From Podarcis liolepis (lineage: Eukaryota), in the NCBI GenBank assembly GCA_965112155.1, contig OZ218103.1: a stretch of DNA of 64,000 bases; one strand, 5' to 3'. The position numbers and the translations under genes were made by a program. Under the pieces are notes generated by a model. It did not search any database. It was not told the origin of the DNA and saw nothing but the letters and a program-made list of their open reading frames with translations. Position 1 is the stretch's first letter. The number at the start of each line of letters is the position of its first letter. Below, piece by piece: positions 12,670-25,734 of this stretch.

Positions 12670-12839
12670 CAGTGGCGTAGCGTGGCTTGTCAGCACCCGG
12701 GGCAAGGCAAGTAATTTGCGCCCCCCTAACCCGTGGATTTGTGCCCCCTAACCCGTGGATTTGCGCCCCCTAACCCTAACCCCCAGATGTTGCGCCCAGT
12801 GCGGCCGGCCCCCCCTGCACCCCCCACGCTACGCCATTG
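12670..12839. mobile_element. Non-autonomous hAT element (short form) with CCCTAA-containing internal repeats
   Basis: TIRs CAGTGGCGTAGCGTGG / CCACGCTACGCCATTG; perfect 8-bp TSD AAGTGACC at 12662-12669 and 12840-12847. Confidence 0.92.
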
Positions 12840-13991
12840 AAGTGACCCCTATTCTACATTCTGTTGAGGAACCAATGGGAGGGGCTACTGTCATCTAATA
12901 TGGAAGGGGTGGGGCTTGAGTTTTGAGGATCAGGCACTTGGCCACATGACTGGAGCAGGTGACTCTCCTTGCCTTCTCCCCAAAATACCCCTATCTCAAA
13001 GACTTACACAGGTGTAAGTTTCTCTGGCTGAGCCCCTGCTTGAACCAGGGTGTGGGACTGAGCTTTGGCTCAGATAGGAAAGCCCAAAATCCACCAGATC
13101 CAAACTTGCTCATCCCCGGTGGGTCTTGGGTTTAGATTGCACTGTGAGCCTCATTCTCTTCTTTGCTTAGCAATGATCTTTCAGTCCTGTACCCAGGGTG
13201 CTGCCATGTGTCTGCTGCAATTCCGCAGGAGGGCAGGGAAAACATCCTGTAGGGTATTAAGCACAGAATTCAGCTAGCAGAGAACTTCGGCTCTCAGGGT
13301 AGGGGGAAAGGAGCAGGCTCTGAGCCATGGTGCCTGTGAACAGATGCTTGGAATTGTGTGGGCTGAAACCTCAGAAGCCAGGGCCATTGGGGGGGGAGGG
13401 GCACAGGTACCTTGCAGAACTCCCAGTGGCTAGCTAAACCAGAATGGGAAATATGAAAATAATAAAAGCTGCAGAATAAAAGCGTGCAGAAAACTCTGTT
13501 TGCATAATTTGTACACAAGTTGCAATATCCTGTTTGGGTGTCCTAGGCACAGAACTTAAAACTTTTTTAGCACATACAAAGGCCTACCCATAAAAAATGT
13601 GTAGCATGAGGGTCGATCAGAGCTACTTTTGTGGAGGCAGCTATTGGAAATATTGGTGATCCCTGCTCCCTAGCCAGGCACAATTAAAATTATAATCTAG
13701 AGGCAAGTTTGAACATTTGATTCTCCCTCCCATAAAACCCATAATAATCAGAAGGTCAGTTGAAAACACACCTAACTGCATTATTTATTTTCATTTTCAA
13801 GAGTTAGAAAGCTCAGGTTCAACGTTAGCATGGGTTCACACAGTCATCTTGGGCATGTTACAACTTCTCAACCTCAGTTTCCTACCTGTGAAATGGGAGT
13901 AGTTATTTTTGTTTGTTTGTTATATTTTAAACTCATCCTTGGTTCCATAGGATCGCAGGATGGTTTTCAGCACCACATAAAATGTGTCATA

Positions 13992-14348
13992 GGTAAAGGT
14001 AAAGGGACCCTTGACTACTAGGTCCAGTCGTGGCCGACTCTGGGGTTGCGGCGCTCATCTTGCTTTATTGCCCTAGGGAGCCAGCATACAGCTTCCAGGT
14101 CATGTGGCTAGCATGACTAAGCCACTTCTGGTGAACCAGAGCAGCACACGGAAACGCTTCTTTACCTATTTATCTACTTGCGGTACCTATTTATCTACTT
14201 GCACTTTGACGTGCTTTCAAACTGCTAGGTTGGCAGGAGCAGGGACCGAGCAACGGGAGCTCACCCTGTTGCGGGGATTCGAACCGCCGACCTTCTGATT
14301 GGCAAGTCCTAGGCTCTGTGGTTTAACCCACAGCGCCACCCACGTCCC
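13992..14348 (-). mobile_element. Sauria SINE (Squam1, lacertid POM type)
   Basis: Minus strand starts GGGACGTGGGTGGCGCTGTGGGTTAAACC (A box) with B box GGTTCGAATCC; Bov-B-like 3' end and (ACCTTT)n tail; imperfect TSD aaatgt(g/c)tcata. Confidence 0.92.
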
Positions 14349-16434
14349 TTCAAATGTCTCATAAGTACACGTAAACCAATAAGTAAAATGATAAAACCAA
14401 TCAGCCGCTGCTCCTTAACTATGCATATGCTCCCCAAAGTGCCTGCCTCAAGTTGTGTGTCTTCAGCTGTTGGCAAATGTAATCGATAAAGGGGACAGCC
14501 GTTTTGCCACAGGGAGAGAGTTCCATATTGGGGTCCTCCGTGGATCACCATGTAATGAAGCATAGTAATTGCTGGAACAATGGAAAGGGCCTTCTGCGCA
14601 GATCATAAGGCTCAGACTGTCAGATACAGAGGAGATACTATTCCAAGTTTTTGGGACCTAGGGTGTTTATGAATGCCAGAGTCAATTTATTTAATTGGGT
14701 CCAGTAGCAATTAAATAGCCAGCATACTGATGATACCATGCCTCAGATCCCTAGGTGAAATGCTTCCAGCAGCATCTTCAGGAGGGAATCCTGTGGCACT
14801 CTGTGCCTTAAAACCCAAGGGGCTTAGCAAAAGTTGCCTACTGCTAACAGACCTGAATCCTCATAATACCATGCCTCTGACTCCTAGCCTACAGAGCTGA
14901 TCCAGAAGGATCCTGTGGACATTGATCTCTAAAGCCACCAGGAGAGCCATAAAAACTACATGGCACAGGGGTCCTGCAAAACAAAAGCAAATAAAGCTTG
15001 TAAAGGCTTTTGGAAACTGAAAGTGCTATAGAAAGTGTTCATGGCTAATAATATTGAAGTCTTAGATATCAGGATTTTCTGAGGCCCTGGTCAGTCGCCA
15101 ATTTTCCTTAAGAGCCATTGTGAAAGCAAAAGTGGCCTTGACGACAAGCTCTCTTAGTTTTTCCTCTGCATCTTTTTTCATTCCCAATTTGACCCAGGTA
15201 TTAACTCCTATTTGAAGGGCTGACTCAGATGTTAAGATTTTGAAGGCTGCAAATTCTGAAGAAGAATATTTGTGCTGAATGCTCACCTGCCAACAGCAAT
15301 CTGGCATTTGCCAGGTTCATGAAAACAATTTGCAGTTGATTTTGAAACATGTCCCTTGTTAATCTGCTAAATAACAATGGCCTTCTGCCTTGTGATATAT
15401 TTTTTCCAGTGTGCTCCTTGGCTCTGAGCAAGCATTGCGTCCTTGCTCTGCTTCCTCCCCGCTTTGCACTGAGAATTTGGTTGCAGAGGTTACGGCCAGA
15501 TGGGGGCTACATGGATTGTATTCTGCACAGTATGAATGAAGGTCCTTGTCAATAGCGCCTGTTCCACAATATCCAGAAGGGTAACCATGTTAGCCTGTTG
15601 CAGCAAAAACAACGAAGCGCCTAGGTGCCAGAAGACTCTTTTGTTGTCCCTTCACAATAGGTGCCCTTAAAAATAATCTACACAAGCCAAACTTTTTTCT
15701 TTTTTCTTTAATCCTTCATATGCAAGCCTTTTGCCACTTTGCCAGGAGGGGCAGGGAAAACAAATGGCCCTTTTGTTCCAAAGCTTCATTCTCTCTGTGC
15801 AGGGAGAGGGTGGTGATGGAGGCAGCCTTGTCACCTATGAAGGAGAGATGGATTAGATTATACTTGATCAACTTTCACAAAGGACATGGGCCAACTCTAG
15901 TTACATGAATCTATTGAAAAAAAACCGCATGGAATTGCAGGTAGACGCAAAACTTAACCCTCTCCGTTGGGAATAGGTAACCTTTGGCCCTCCAGGTGTT
16001 GCTGAACTACAACTCCCATCAGACCCAGCAAGCATGGCCTGAAGAGCATCAGGCATAAAGTACAAGGGAGGAGGATCAGACTCCTGTTGTCTATAATAAG
16101 CCTGGCCAGTCCAGAAGCTTCATACTCCCTACCAGTCAGAGATGCTGGTATTGCACAGCTGAGCCCACTTCTGCGCCTAAAGTCCACTCTTGATTCCTGA
16201 GCATATACTCTCTACAGTTACTCATTAGGCTTGGAAGCATTCAGCTCCCCTTGTGCACCTTTCATTGCAACAAATAGACCTAATCAACCCACTTCCATTC
16301 CTTTTATATAGGAGCAGGAAATGTGTGCACTCACTGGGTCTTGTTTGGGCCTTAGTTTGGGGAAAATGTGGACAGATGTTGTTTGGGCTCCTAACTTCCA
16401 AATGACTCCCCTCTTCCTTTCTATTTATTTACAG

Positions 16435-16544
16435 AAAATGAACCTCCTTCCTCTCTGGTCTCTGGCATCATTGACTACAACATGCCTCTCACCTCCACCT
16501 ACCTGAAGCAGATGAAGTTGCGTGTCATGAATTCCCAGGAGCAG
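16435..16544 (+). CDS. NOL4L: NOL4L internal coding exon ([37 protein letters not shown]), 110 nt, phase 1 to 0
   Basis: Acceptor tttatttacAG ending at 16434; donor CAG|GTGAGC at 16544/16545. Joins the previous exon in frame (G|AA = Glu). The ORF track shows only an off-frame reading here. Confidence 0.96.
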
Positions 16545-17797
16545 GTGAGCTTCTTTCTTCATAATTTATCAAATCAGTCTTAATCTAGCAGGCGTACAGT
16601 GCAAAGCGTACAGTGGCTTTTAAATGCTGCCTTTGTCAGGACCAAACTCTGTTTCACAAAGCAGTGCATCATCTTTTTGAATGACACAAAACTCTCTTTC
16701 AGGCTGGATATAGTGAATAAATAAAACCAGGGAGGAGGCTAGTGAGGGGTCTCTGGGTGAAGGCATTTTGTTTTAAGCCTAGCCTTAAATTGGTAAATGG
16801 AGGACACTCTTGCCAGCTAAACAGGTTAGAACTGTGCTTTGTGCAAAAGATCTTGGGCTCCACCAAGAAGAGAAGCAAACGAAGGTGGTTGTTTTTTCCT
16901 TTGGCAACATGAAAGTGAGCAGGAATCTGAATCTCTCTCTAGTGGAATTCATGCATGTAAGGCTGAGCACAGAAATAAGGAAAGACGTACGGTGGTCCAA
17001 CAAAGCTGGAAAATAATTTTAGAAAATGTTTTAGGTTAGCAGACTGAAGCTGAATTAGTTGGCAGTTGGAGGGCTGAATGTTGTTCTTCTGCGGACCAAT
17101 ACTGCAACCCACTTGCCTGGAAGAAAGCCCTATTGAGCACAATAGCCTCTGAGTTGTCATTTATAGGATCGTACTATTAGTCCCATCTCTCTGTGGAGTA
17201 GAAAGTCTGGATAACATATGTGTCTTGACTGTTTTGTCTATTTTCTCAGCTCTGCTGTAGCTGCTAAGTCTGTGTTTAAACCTAGTCTAAAGCTAAGTAT
17301 GAAAGTGCTAAAGATAAAGTGCTAAAGTGAAGGGTGCAGCTTTGGCTGAGGAACAGAACAAATTTTAGCTATGCTACCTGAGAAGAAGAAAGGGGAGGAA
17401 AGGTTTTAAACTGAAGTGTAATTTCGCCAAGTTTGAAGCAGGCCGGGGCCAAAACTGCCAAGTTACGAGTGGTTCTCTGATTTGGAGCAGAGGACCAATG
17501 GAGGGGAAGAGCTCCAAACCCTTTCTTTTACTTTGTCTACCCAGCTGTTCTTCTCCCCATAGTGAGAAAATAGTTGTGTTCATTGCAAGGGAACTGCAGA
17601 ATCTTGCAGTGCCTTAAAGACTAACAAATTTATGATTTGGGTGTGTTGGATTGTATGTGTGTGTGTATTTGAAGGGGATGAGAAAGGGGTTGTTTTCTTT
17701 AACTAGAATTTGTTGTATCTGAAAACATGCTGTAGAGCGGGAGAGGACTTGCATGTCCCAGTTTTTTAATTTGATGGATCTGACCACAATGACTGAA

Positions 17798-18412
17798 ATA
17801 ATAATAATAATATAATAATAATTTATTATTTATACCCCGCCCATCTGGCTGAGTTTCCCCAGCCACTCTGGGCGGCTCCCAATCAGTGTTAAAAACAGTA
17901 CAGCGTTACATATTAAAAACTTCCCTGAACAGGGCTGCCTTAAGATGTCTTCTGAATGTCAGGTGATTATTTATCTCTTTGACATCTGATGGGAGGGCGT
18001 TCCACAGGGCGGGCGCCACTACCGAGAAGGCCCTCTGTCTGGTTCCCTGTAGCATCACTTCTCGCAATGAGGGAACCGCCAGAAGGCCCTCGGCGCTGGA
18101 TCTCAGTGTCTGGGCTGAACGATGGAGGTGGAGATGCTCCTTCAGGTATACAGGACCGAGGCCGTTTAGGGCTTTAAAGGTCAGCACCAATACTTTGAAT
18201 CGTGCTCGGAAACATACTGGGAGCCAATGCAGATCTCTCAGAACCGGTGTTATGTGGTCCCGGCGGCCACTCCCAGTCACCAGTCTAGCTGCCGCATTCT
18301 GGATTAATTGCAGTTTCCAGGTCACCTTCAAAGGTAGCCCCACGTAGAGCGCGTTGCAGTAGTCCAAGCGGGAGATAACCAGAGCATGCACCACTCTGGC
18401 TAGACAGTTCGC
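17798..18412 (-). mobile_element. L2 LINE, 5'-truncated, with open ORF2 C-terminus and (TTA)n tail
   Basis: ORF 17906-18394: VHALVISRLDYCNALY...QNAAARL...HITPVLRDLHWLPV...FKALNGLGP. Confidence 0.9.
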
Positions 18413-19326
18413 AAGAAAGCAAACAGGACATGGGCAAGTTTTTGTTTTTTTGCCTGATCAGGACTGGCAAGGATGTTAAGTGTAGGTTTTTGAAGGAATC
18501 TGGTTCTTCACTTTCCATGAGGCTTCATATTTGCTTTTAGGAAGAGAGAGGACATTCACCTTATTTTTGAAACACAGAGCAAGCCAAGCCAGGCAAAGAA
18601 AGGATCATTTTGTTTAGGATGAAGAGAGCAGGAAGTGTCAGGGGGGTAATCTGTTAAAATGGACTAATCCCTCACAATCGCTTTGACCTGAGATTCAACC
18701 AAATGTTTGTAGTGTTGTCGTTTCTCGTAATCTGCAGTTGGTAACCTGTCCAAGTGGCAACCTTCCCCTCTTCAAATGACTGTTGCGCTCAAGACAGAGT
18801 GGGACAAAAAATGGGGAGGGTACCATGACCTTCCTACTCTGATTGTGGGCTTCCCAGAGATAGCTGACTGCCACTGTTGAAAAAAAGAATACAGTACTAG
18901 AGGGACCTGAAGAGTCATATATTCCCACAACTGCACAAGCATAAACAAAGAATAATATTTATTAGGCTCATGTTCAGTGTCCGACTGAAATATTGCACCT
19001 GTGGTGTTGAAGGTATTGTCCTGCCAAGCCACTCTCTTGCGATATGCACCTTGGTTTCTTTGCCTGAGACATTTAATCTTAATTTCCCTTTACCACAGAA
19101 AACCCAACACATAAAAATACCCCATTATACATCTTCAGTCACTGATGGGGTGTGGTGGGAAGTTTGTCACATAGTGTGGTGATGTTTCAGTGGGTGGTCT
19201 CTATTGCAACTCCTCTGTTTCTGTTTGCTCCATACCTGAGCACCACCTAGCTGCTTTCTTTGTGGTAGCCCCCAATACCCATTTTCATTTATCACTGCAT
19301 GCTGAATGCATGCCTACTTTGGAACA

Positions 19327-19685
19327 ACTGAATTGCAACTCATTACCAAACTTAAAACCATGGAGAGACCTGGTCTGAACAAAGACATTGGATTCTTATC
19401 TCATTATACATGACTAAGCCATGTTTCACCTTCTCACCCCTTGCCTTTTCCTGCAAGACCTATTGCAGTCGTTAAGAGTCGTCAACAGGCTCATCTCAGC
19501 TATCTGCCAATCACCCATTCCCACCACCCTTCTGAGTAATACCCCTCCCCACCTTCTCACTATATAGAAGGATCTGGCAACTTCTGTTTCAGTGTATCTG
19601 AAGAAGTGTGCATACACACGAAAGCTCATACCAAGAACTAACTTAGTTGGTCTTTAAGGTGCTACTGGAAGGAATTTTTTTATTT
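19327..19685 (+). mobile_element. Penelope-like element fragment (GIY-YIG C-terminus plus pLTR with hammerhead motif)
   Basis: Translates TELQLITKLKTMERPGLNKDIGFLSHYT* at 19327-19413; pLTR end ...ttagttggtctttaaggtgctactgg; perfect 13-bp TSD CTACTTTGGAACA at 19314-19326 and 19686-19698. Confidence 0.88.
19594..19631 (+). ncRNA. Minimal type I hammerhead ribozyme motif (Penelope-associated)
   Basis: Stem I GUAU/AUAC; core CUGAAGA(A); stem II GUGUG-CAUA-CACAC; GAAA; palindromic AGCU stem III; predicted cleavage after C19627. Confidence 0.8.
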
Positions 19686-21099
19686 CTACTTTGGAACAGT
19701 TCTCTGAAGATCCCCATACACTCAGTTGTGGGCGATTATGCTGGAGACTGTAATTGTGGTGCAAATGTTGGACTTTTCTCTTTTAATTTTTAGTACGGAT
19801 GTCTTGTGCAAGACCCCATTATCATAATTTGGTATTTTATTGCTGCTGTATTTTTTGGGTGGTGGTGGGGAATGCATGGTTGAAGTTTTAACTCTTACGG
19901 TGGCCTGTGGAGCATTCCTAAATGTTTGGGATATTGCCACCACCCCCGATCCTGCAAAGAGTAGTTTGCTGTAGCTGAATATTACTCTTGTGCAGGACAT
20001 CTGTGCTAAGAACAAAGCAAAACAAAATCAGGTTGAAATTGAAACCTACCTGTCTTGCAAAGGGCACATGTTTTCATTATGCTTTTGCATACTACCTTGG
20101 GGGAAAATTCACATGCACAGGTATCAAAATAGCTTTGTGCATGCCCGAAGTAGCTCTCAACAAAGAGACAGGGACGCATTTCAAGCAAACACTACAAAAA
20201 CTATTTCATCATAACATAGCGAAACAAAAATACAATAATATACAAAACCCATATTTCAATACCATATACAACAAGATTATTAAACAACATATCCAAGTCC
20301 AAAAAAAGGGAATGTGTGGACAGTTGTGGGCACAGCAAAATCAGATCTGAACTACCTGTTTGTGATATAAAGCCCCCAGCCTTGTTTTGGTGTGGAGTCC
20401 GGCAACCAAAGTTAAAGGGAGTACTGGAACATTTTTGAAACCTTCCTGGGCAGCAGCCCAAGAGGAGGTCATTTTGTCAGCGTAGAACACGGCGGTAGCT
20501 GCCGTTGGAACTCAGATACCACATGTCCCTGTTAGGCTTCGTGCTGGTTGCTATGGATTTGCAAGACCCATTAGAGCTATTTTAAGAGACAGAGTTGCCA
20601 TGGCAGGACCCAGCCCTTCCTCTCTTGCATATCCCAAACTCTCCCCTGACATCCGTTGGAATTTGAGGTGTGTTAGGAATGGAGCAGGCGGTCACACCTG
20701 GTGCAGGCGCCAAATTTAGAGAATATCTTCAAGAGGCATTTTTTTTCAAACCAAAGGCATGAGGGCAGGGTGGTGGGAGTAGCAAGACTGGATATTATAG
20801 AAAGCTAGTGAAGTGAGTGGGAGCTGAACATTGCTTTGTGCTGGGGAGGATTTGTGCCCTGTGTTCATCTCTCCTCTTCCCATTCCTGAAAGGCTAAAGG
20901 TAGTTGGGTGGCCTGCGGGTCTTCAATCTGCTATTTATGCTAAACATTTCTTGGTCTCATCTGTGTGTTGGGGCTGCAGAGAGCACAGATGAAAACAGTC
21001 GTCATTGCTGGGACACAAAACATGAACTCTCATTCCCCCTACATAATATCATGATCTTCCTACAATAAGGGTTTTTTTAATATAAAAAAGTACTGTTTA

Positions 21100-21640
21100 T
21101 TTGATTCACATCCTGCCTTTCAGATATGGAAGCCCCCCCTCAAGACACATGAAGACACATTAAAAATTAAACTATTAATTTAAATAACAAAAGTAAACCA
21201 CAATAAGGCCATTTAGCGACAGCTAAATTCCAGAACAATGAATCAGCATCCAGTTTTCCACCCAGAGGCTTGAGGAAAATAAGCATGTTATGTCTTAGTT
21301 GACTGCTTGGTAGTGCGGTCCTATATATGCTTACTCAGAAGTAAGCCCCAAGTAAATGAGTAGAGGATTGCAGCCTAAATCTGCAAGAATGTGCAAATGA
21401 GACCTCAAGTTGTGCGAATGGACAACATTGGGAGTGGCACTCCTTGCGGTGATGGCTCCAAACCATCGAGGGCTTTGTATGTCAGAACCAAAACCTTAAA
21501 TTGTGCTCAGTAGCAAGTAGGCAGCCAATGCAAGTGTCTGAGAATAAATGTTATGTAATTTCAGGTCCATCAGGTCCACCAAGACACTGACTGCTGTGTT
21601 ATGCACTAGCTGCAATCTCTGAACCATCTTCAAGAGTGTA
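21100..21640 (-). mobile_element. Old L2 fragment interrupted by a small palindromic MITE remnant (~21311-21376)
   Basis: L2-like gagggctttgtatgtcagaaccaaaaccttaaattgtgctc...ggcagccaatgcaag and reversed L2 tail. Confidence 0.55.
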
Positions 21641-22803
21641 GATGGTACTCTAGTACATCTAGTATCATCATCAGCAGTATCATTTCAGAAGAGGGACTTC
21701 CTCTTTTCTCGCATAGGAGAACGTAACTCTTCTGCAATAGAAACTGTCATCCAGATCACTGCATTAAAATGGTTATTAAAAAGTTAACATTTGTCGCCCA
21801 GTTAATGGGGGACACTTCTTAGTCTATCAGAATATTTTAATCAGTATAGCTAACTAGCTGACTAGGCGTTGCAGTTTTTATCAGTCTTTCGTAGGAGTCT
21901 GGGTGGGCTTACCTAGGTAGCAAATTCCACAAGGGGGGGGGGGGGCATTGGGAAGGCCTTGCTTCTCTTAGCCACTTTTTAAACCTCAGTTAGTAGTCCA
22001 AGGTATCTGAAGCAGAGCCTTTTTCTTTAAGCAGGGCCACTTTTGAAGACAAAAATGTAGGAGGACGTTTGCATGTGAAAAGGCATTCCCTAAAATATGG
22101 GATATGTTTTCCCCTCCTAACTGGTCTCATGCAAGGTTTACATTTCTAAAGTTCATTACTTAGGACAGCTGGTTGACAATGTGAAGCCTAACATATTCCG
22201 CTATGTATCTATTAACTTTTTTCCAGAGGCACAAGGACATCAAGTGACTAGCACAGACTCATTTTGTGAGTCAATCGCTCTCTTGGGGACCCAAGATCTC
22301 TTGTAATGACCACCAGGGCCTCCCTTAATCATGTTTGCAAAAGGAAGTTACTATATAATTGTTTGTATTTTTGTTTTTTTCTCCACTGCCCTTTGCTCTT
22401 GATTAACTTTTGCAGAACCTTTGCACTGCAGAAATTGGAAAAATCGGGCTGAACAAATGTTATTATCAAACATATTATATCTAGATCTGCATCTGGATAG
22501 GCACAGAGATATACACATACTGTACACAATTAGTGGAACTGAGAGTAGGAGCTTTGTAGCAGTTTGCCTGGAGGTGCAAGATACGGTGTCAGCACCTGTG
22601 ATGGCGTGTCGTGACTCTTTGCATTGAGTAGAAGTATTATGTGTAACTGCAAGGTTCTTGTTCTAGGTTGATCACTGGAGACCTTCTGCTTGCTTGCATT
22701 GACAATGGAAAGGTTGCAGGGGGAGAGCCTGGCGGGGTGGGGTGGGGGGGCATCAAGTACATCCGGTCTACTTAGCAGATCAGCTCAATCATGGTTATAG
22801 TTA

Positions 22804-23062
22804 CCGTATTTTTTGCTCTATATGACTCACTTTTTCCCTCCTAAAAAGTAAGGGGAAATGTGTGTGCGTCTTATGGAGCGAATGCAGGCTGCGCAGCTAT
22901 CCCAAAAGCCAGAACAGCAAGAGGGATTGCTGCTTTCACTGTGCAGTGATCCCTCTTGCTGATCTGGCTTCTGAGATTCAGAATATTTTTTTTCTTGTTT
23001 TCCTCCTCCAAAAACTAGGTGCGTCTTGTGGTCTGGTGTGTCTTATACAGCGAAAAATACGG
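22804..23062. mobile_element. Tc2/pogo-like MITE, second copy of 9459-9718
   Basis: Same TIRs and TA flanks; internal hairpin partly decayed. Confidence 0.9.
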
Positions 23063-25320
23063 TATATTCTCCCTTAAAAGAGTAGTTCAGGTATGAGTTC
23101 TGCAACAGCTTCTACAGGGAAGACTGACATGGAATTTATGTACCACTTTTTAGCAGTGTTCTACCAAAACAGTGTAGAATTAAAACAGCTGTATAAAACA
23201 GCCCCTTCCTCAATACCATAAACAACCAAAATCAATGTAAAAGCACCAGAAAAAATAGGATGTAAAACAGAGAATTATTTTTTAAAATGGCATAAATAGG
23301 CTGATTGAAGAATTCATTTGATGATCTTTAAAATCTCCCCACCCACTTCCACTCCTTTGTCATTGAATGGTTTGGCCTTCTACTTCTTTTTGGCCTTCTA
23401 CTTCTTTTTGTGCTTGGCTTACTGTTAGGCGAAGGAAGCTCAGGCATTATTCATTTTGTTTTCCTCATTTGGGCAAGACTTCCGCTTTTTAAAGGAAGCC
23501 TCCTTGGATTTTACAGCTTCCTTGTCTGTGCTATATAACCACACTGGCATCCTTGTCGGCTTCTTTGTAGCCTTTCTGATCTGATCTGTGTTATATATTT
23601 CATTTATTCAACTAGGTTCATTTAACCTCCAAGCTTCCTGAAAGGACAGAACAGGTCTGACTTTTCTTTTCAAGTTACTTTTAACTAATCCTCTCATTTT
23701 TTAAGAAATCTCCTCTTCCAAATTCAAATGTAACTGTCTTGGACTTTTTATGCCTGGCATCAGTTCATGCAACTGAGCAACAAACAAAAAAGTCCCCCAG
23801 GATCCCATTAGCACAGGGCAATGATTCTCAAAAGAGTAAGGCTTTTGGTCCCATAAACTGCACTGATCAAATAAGGGGTATAATTGTGGGTACTGGCAAC
23901 TGCCTGGCCTTCCTTACGTAGATGGGGGTAAGCATCCATGCACGACGGCAGCAGGGTGCTTGTAAAAACCTGTGCTGAGATTTGTCAGGAAATGACAGGT
24001 CAGTGAATGCGTGGCAGGGAGATGTGTATCCAATTCCTCAAATAAACCCATCTCCCCCTCCCCGCTGCTTTGCTCATGCCACCTCCTCTCCCTTGTCCTT
24101 TCTCAAGACCTCACTTCCCATCAGCCGCTTTGCCTCCAATGCCTTTTCCTATCTCTGTGTCTTTCCCCAACATTGGTGCTCTTGCTGTCTGTTCATCAGG
24201 CTGCTTTACCTTTACTCACTTTCTCCTTTAAGACCCAGGTTTTTTGGGGAGGAATTTCCTCTTAGGTCACACCAAGCAGGGCTCTGTTGTTTTGCAGATG
24301 AGTAATTTGGTAGATTGGACTTTGAATTCTTGCCTCGGCAGTAGTTTTTATGTCTCTGAGTGACAGTGTAGGGGGTCACTTTGCTGGGGGGTCAGCACAG
24401 GAACCACAAAGACAAGTGGCCACAGAGAAAGGTTGGTTAATAATAATAAAAAAGTGTCAGTAGGACAGTTGATGGAATGACTTACCGCTTCTGCAGTGGC
24501 AGCTGAAATGTGTTCCCCCACTTTTGGGAGATGTGCCAATACCCCTGCACTGCCAGTACAGTATTTTATGAAGGATTACTTGATAAATAATGCTTTGTCT
24601 CCCTTGGCTATTTGTCCTCCTTCCTTCGAATGTATGCGGTTGCTAGTTCTCATGGTCCTCCTCCCACCCATGGCTATTATTTTCTTGAACCACCTTAGCC
24701 TCATTTGACCCACTTATCCACTGCAACTAGACTCTCCCTAATCCCAGCGCCACCACCCAGAGGCAGCTTCTCCAGTCTTTTCTCGACACATGTCCTCTAA
24801 GACCCACGCTCTCAACTCCCCCCCGAACCCTTTCTCTTTCAGTCCAGCACAACTCGCTATGATCCTTTTGGGTCCTAAATGTGGAAACAAGGTCACACAC
24901 ACCTTAAGAGGTTTAGGGGCAGTGTGGCAGGCAATGTTTAACTTTCTTGGGATGAGAGAACGCCACATATGTATGAATCGCTGTAATGCATTTTATTGAC
25001 AAAGGTATTTGCAGAACACAGCATGGGTTTAGTGAGCACTGCAGCAGGTGGCAAAAGTGCTGCCTATGCTTCATATTCCCAAAGCAACATTGTGGACAAC
25101 TGCACCCTGGTTCCTTCTACTTCAGCTAAACTTGCAGCTTGTAATTGTCTGTCTCTCTCTCCCCCCCCCCCCTTTCCATGCATGTTTGGCCTTGCAGAAA
25201 ACTCATTCCCCCAAGTCAATTGCTCACTTTTAAGTTGTTGATAAGGTCTAAAACTTTGTCTCTTGTTACTGCTGTTTGCCTTAGTTCTTATAGCTACTGT
25301 TTTGAGAACAGATGCAAATA

Positions 25321-25489
25321 CCGTATTTTTTGCACCATAACACTCACTTTTTTCCTCCTAAAAAGTAAGGGGAAATGTCTGTGCGTGTTATGGAGGGAAT
25401 GCCTACGGGTGGCATGCCTACGGATTTTCCTCCTCTAAAAACTACGTGCGTGTTATGGTCGAGTGCGTGTTATAGAGTGAAAAATACGG
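25321..25489. mobile_element. Shorter related Tc2/pogo-like MITE without the hairpin
   Basis: TIRs CCGTATTTTT / AAAAATACGG; TA flanks; subterminal sequence shared with the two longer copies. Confidence 0.85.
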
Positions 25490-25734
25490 TAATTCATTCA
25501 GCTGCAATCTCCTTTTCCTCCTTTAGCACACCTTTGCCATCTAAAGCTCCAATGGCCTCTCTAGCTAATGTCCTGTTTGAATATATTTAAAGATTTTTTG
25601 GTAGTTGGTCTTCATGTTTTTAGCAATGTGCTCCTTGACTACTTTTATTTTCATCTCTTGAATTTATTTAATCAAAGCTTGTGTTCCTGCTTGTTCTCAT
25701 TGGAACAAGACTTCCATTTTCTGAAGTGAACGTT

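Noticed and set aside
14260-14348. tRNA gene (A and B boxes), also at ~61150-61223 and ~52262-52310
   Set aside because: These are SINE heads continuing into SINE bodies, with no complete cloverleaf.
14730-14950. Possible diverged ~130-bp tandem duplication (ataccatgcctc ... atcctgtgg twice)
   Set aside because: Only short anchors match; too weak to support without an alignment.
23371-23410. 18-bp tandem duplication (similar 24-bp duplication at ~31961-32004)
   Set aside because: Ordinary two-copy slippage events; not an array and no spacers, so not CRISPR-like.
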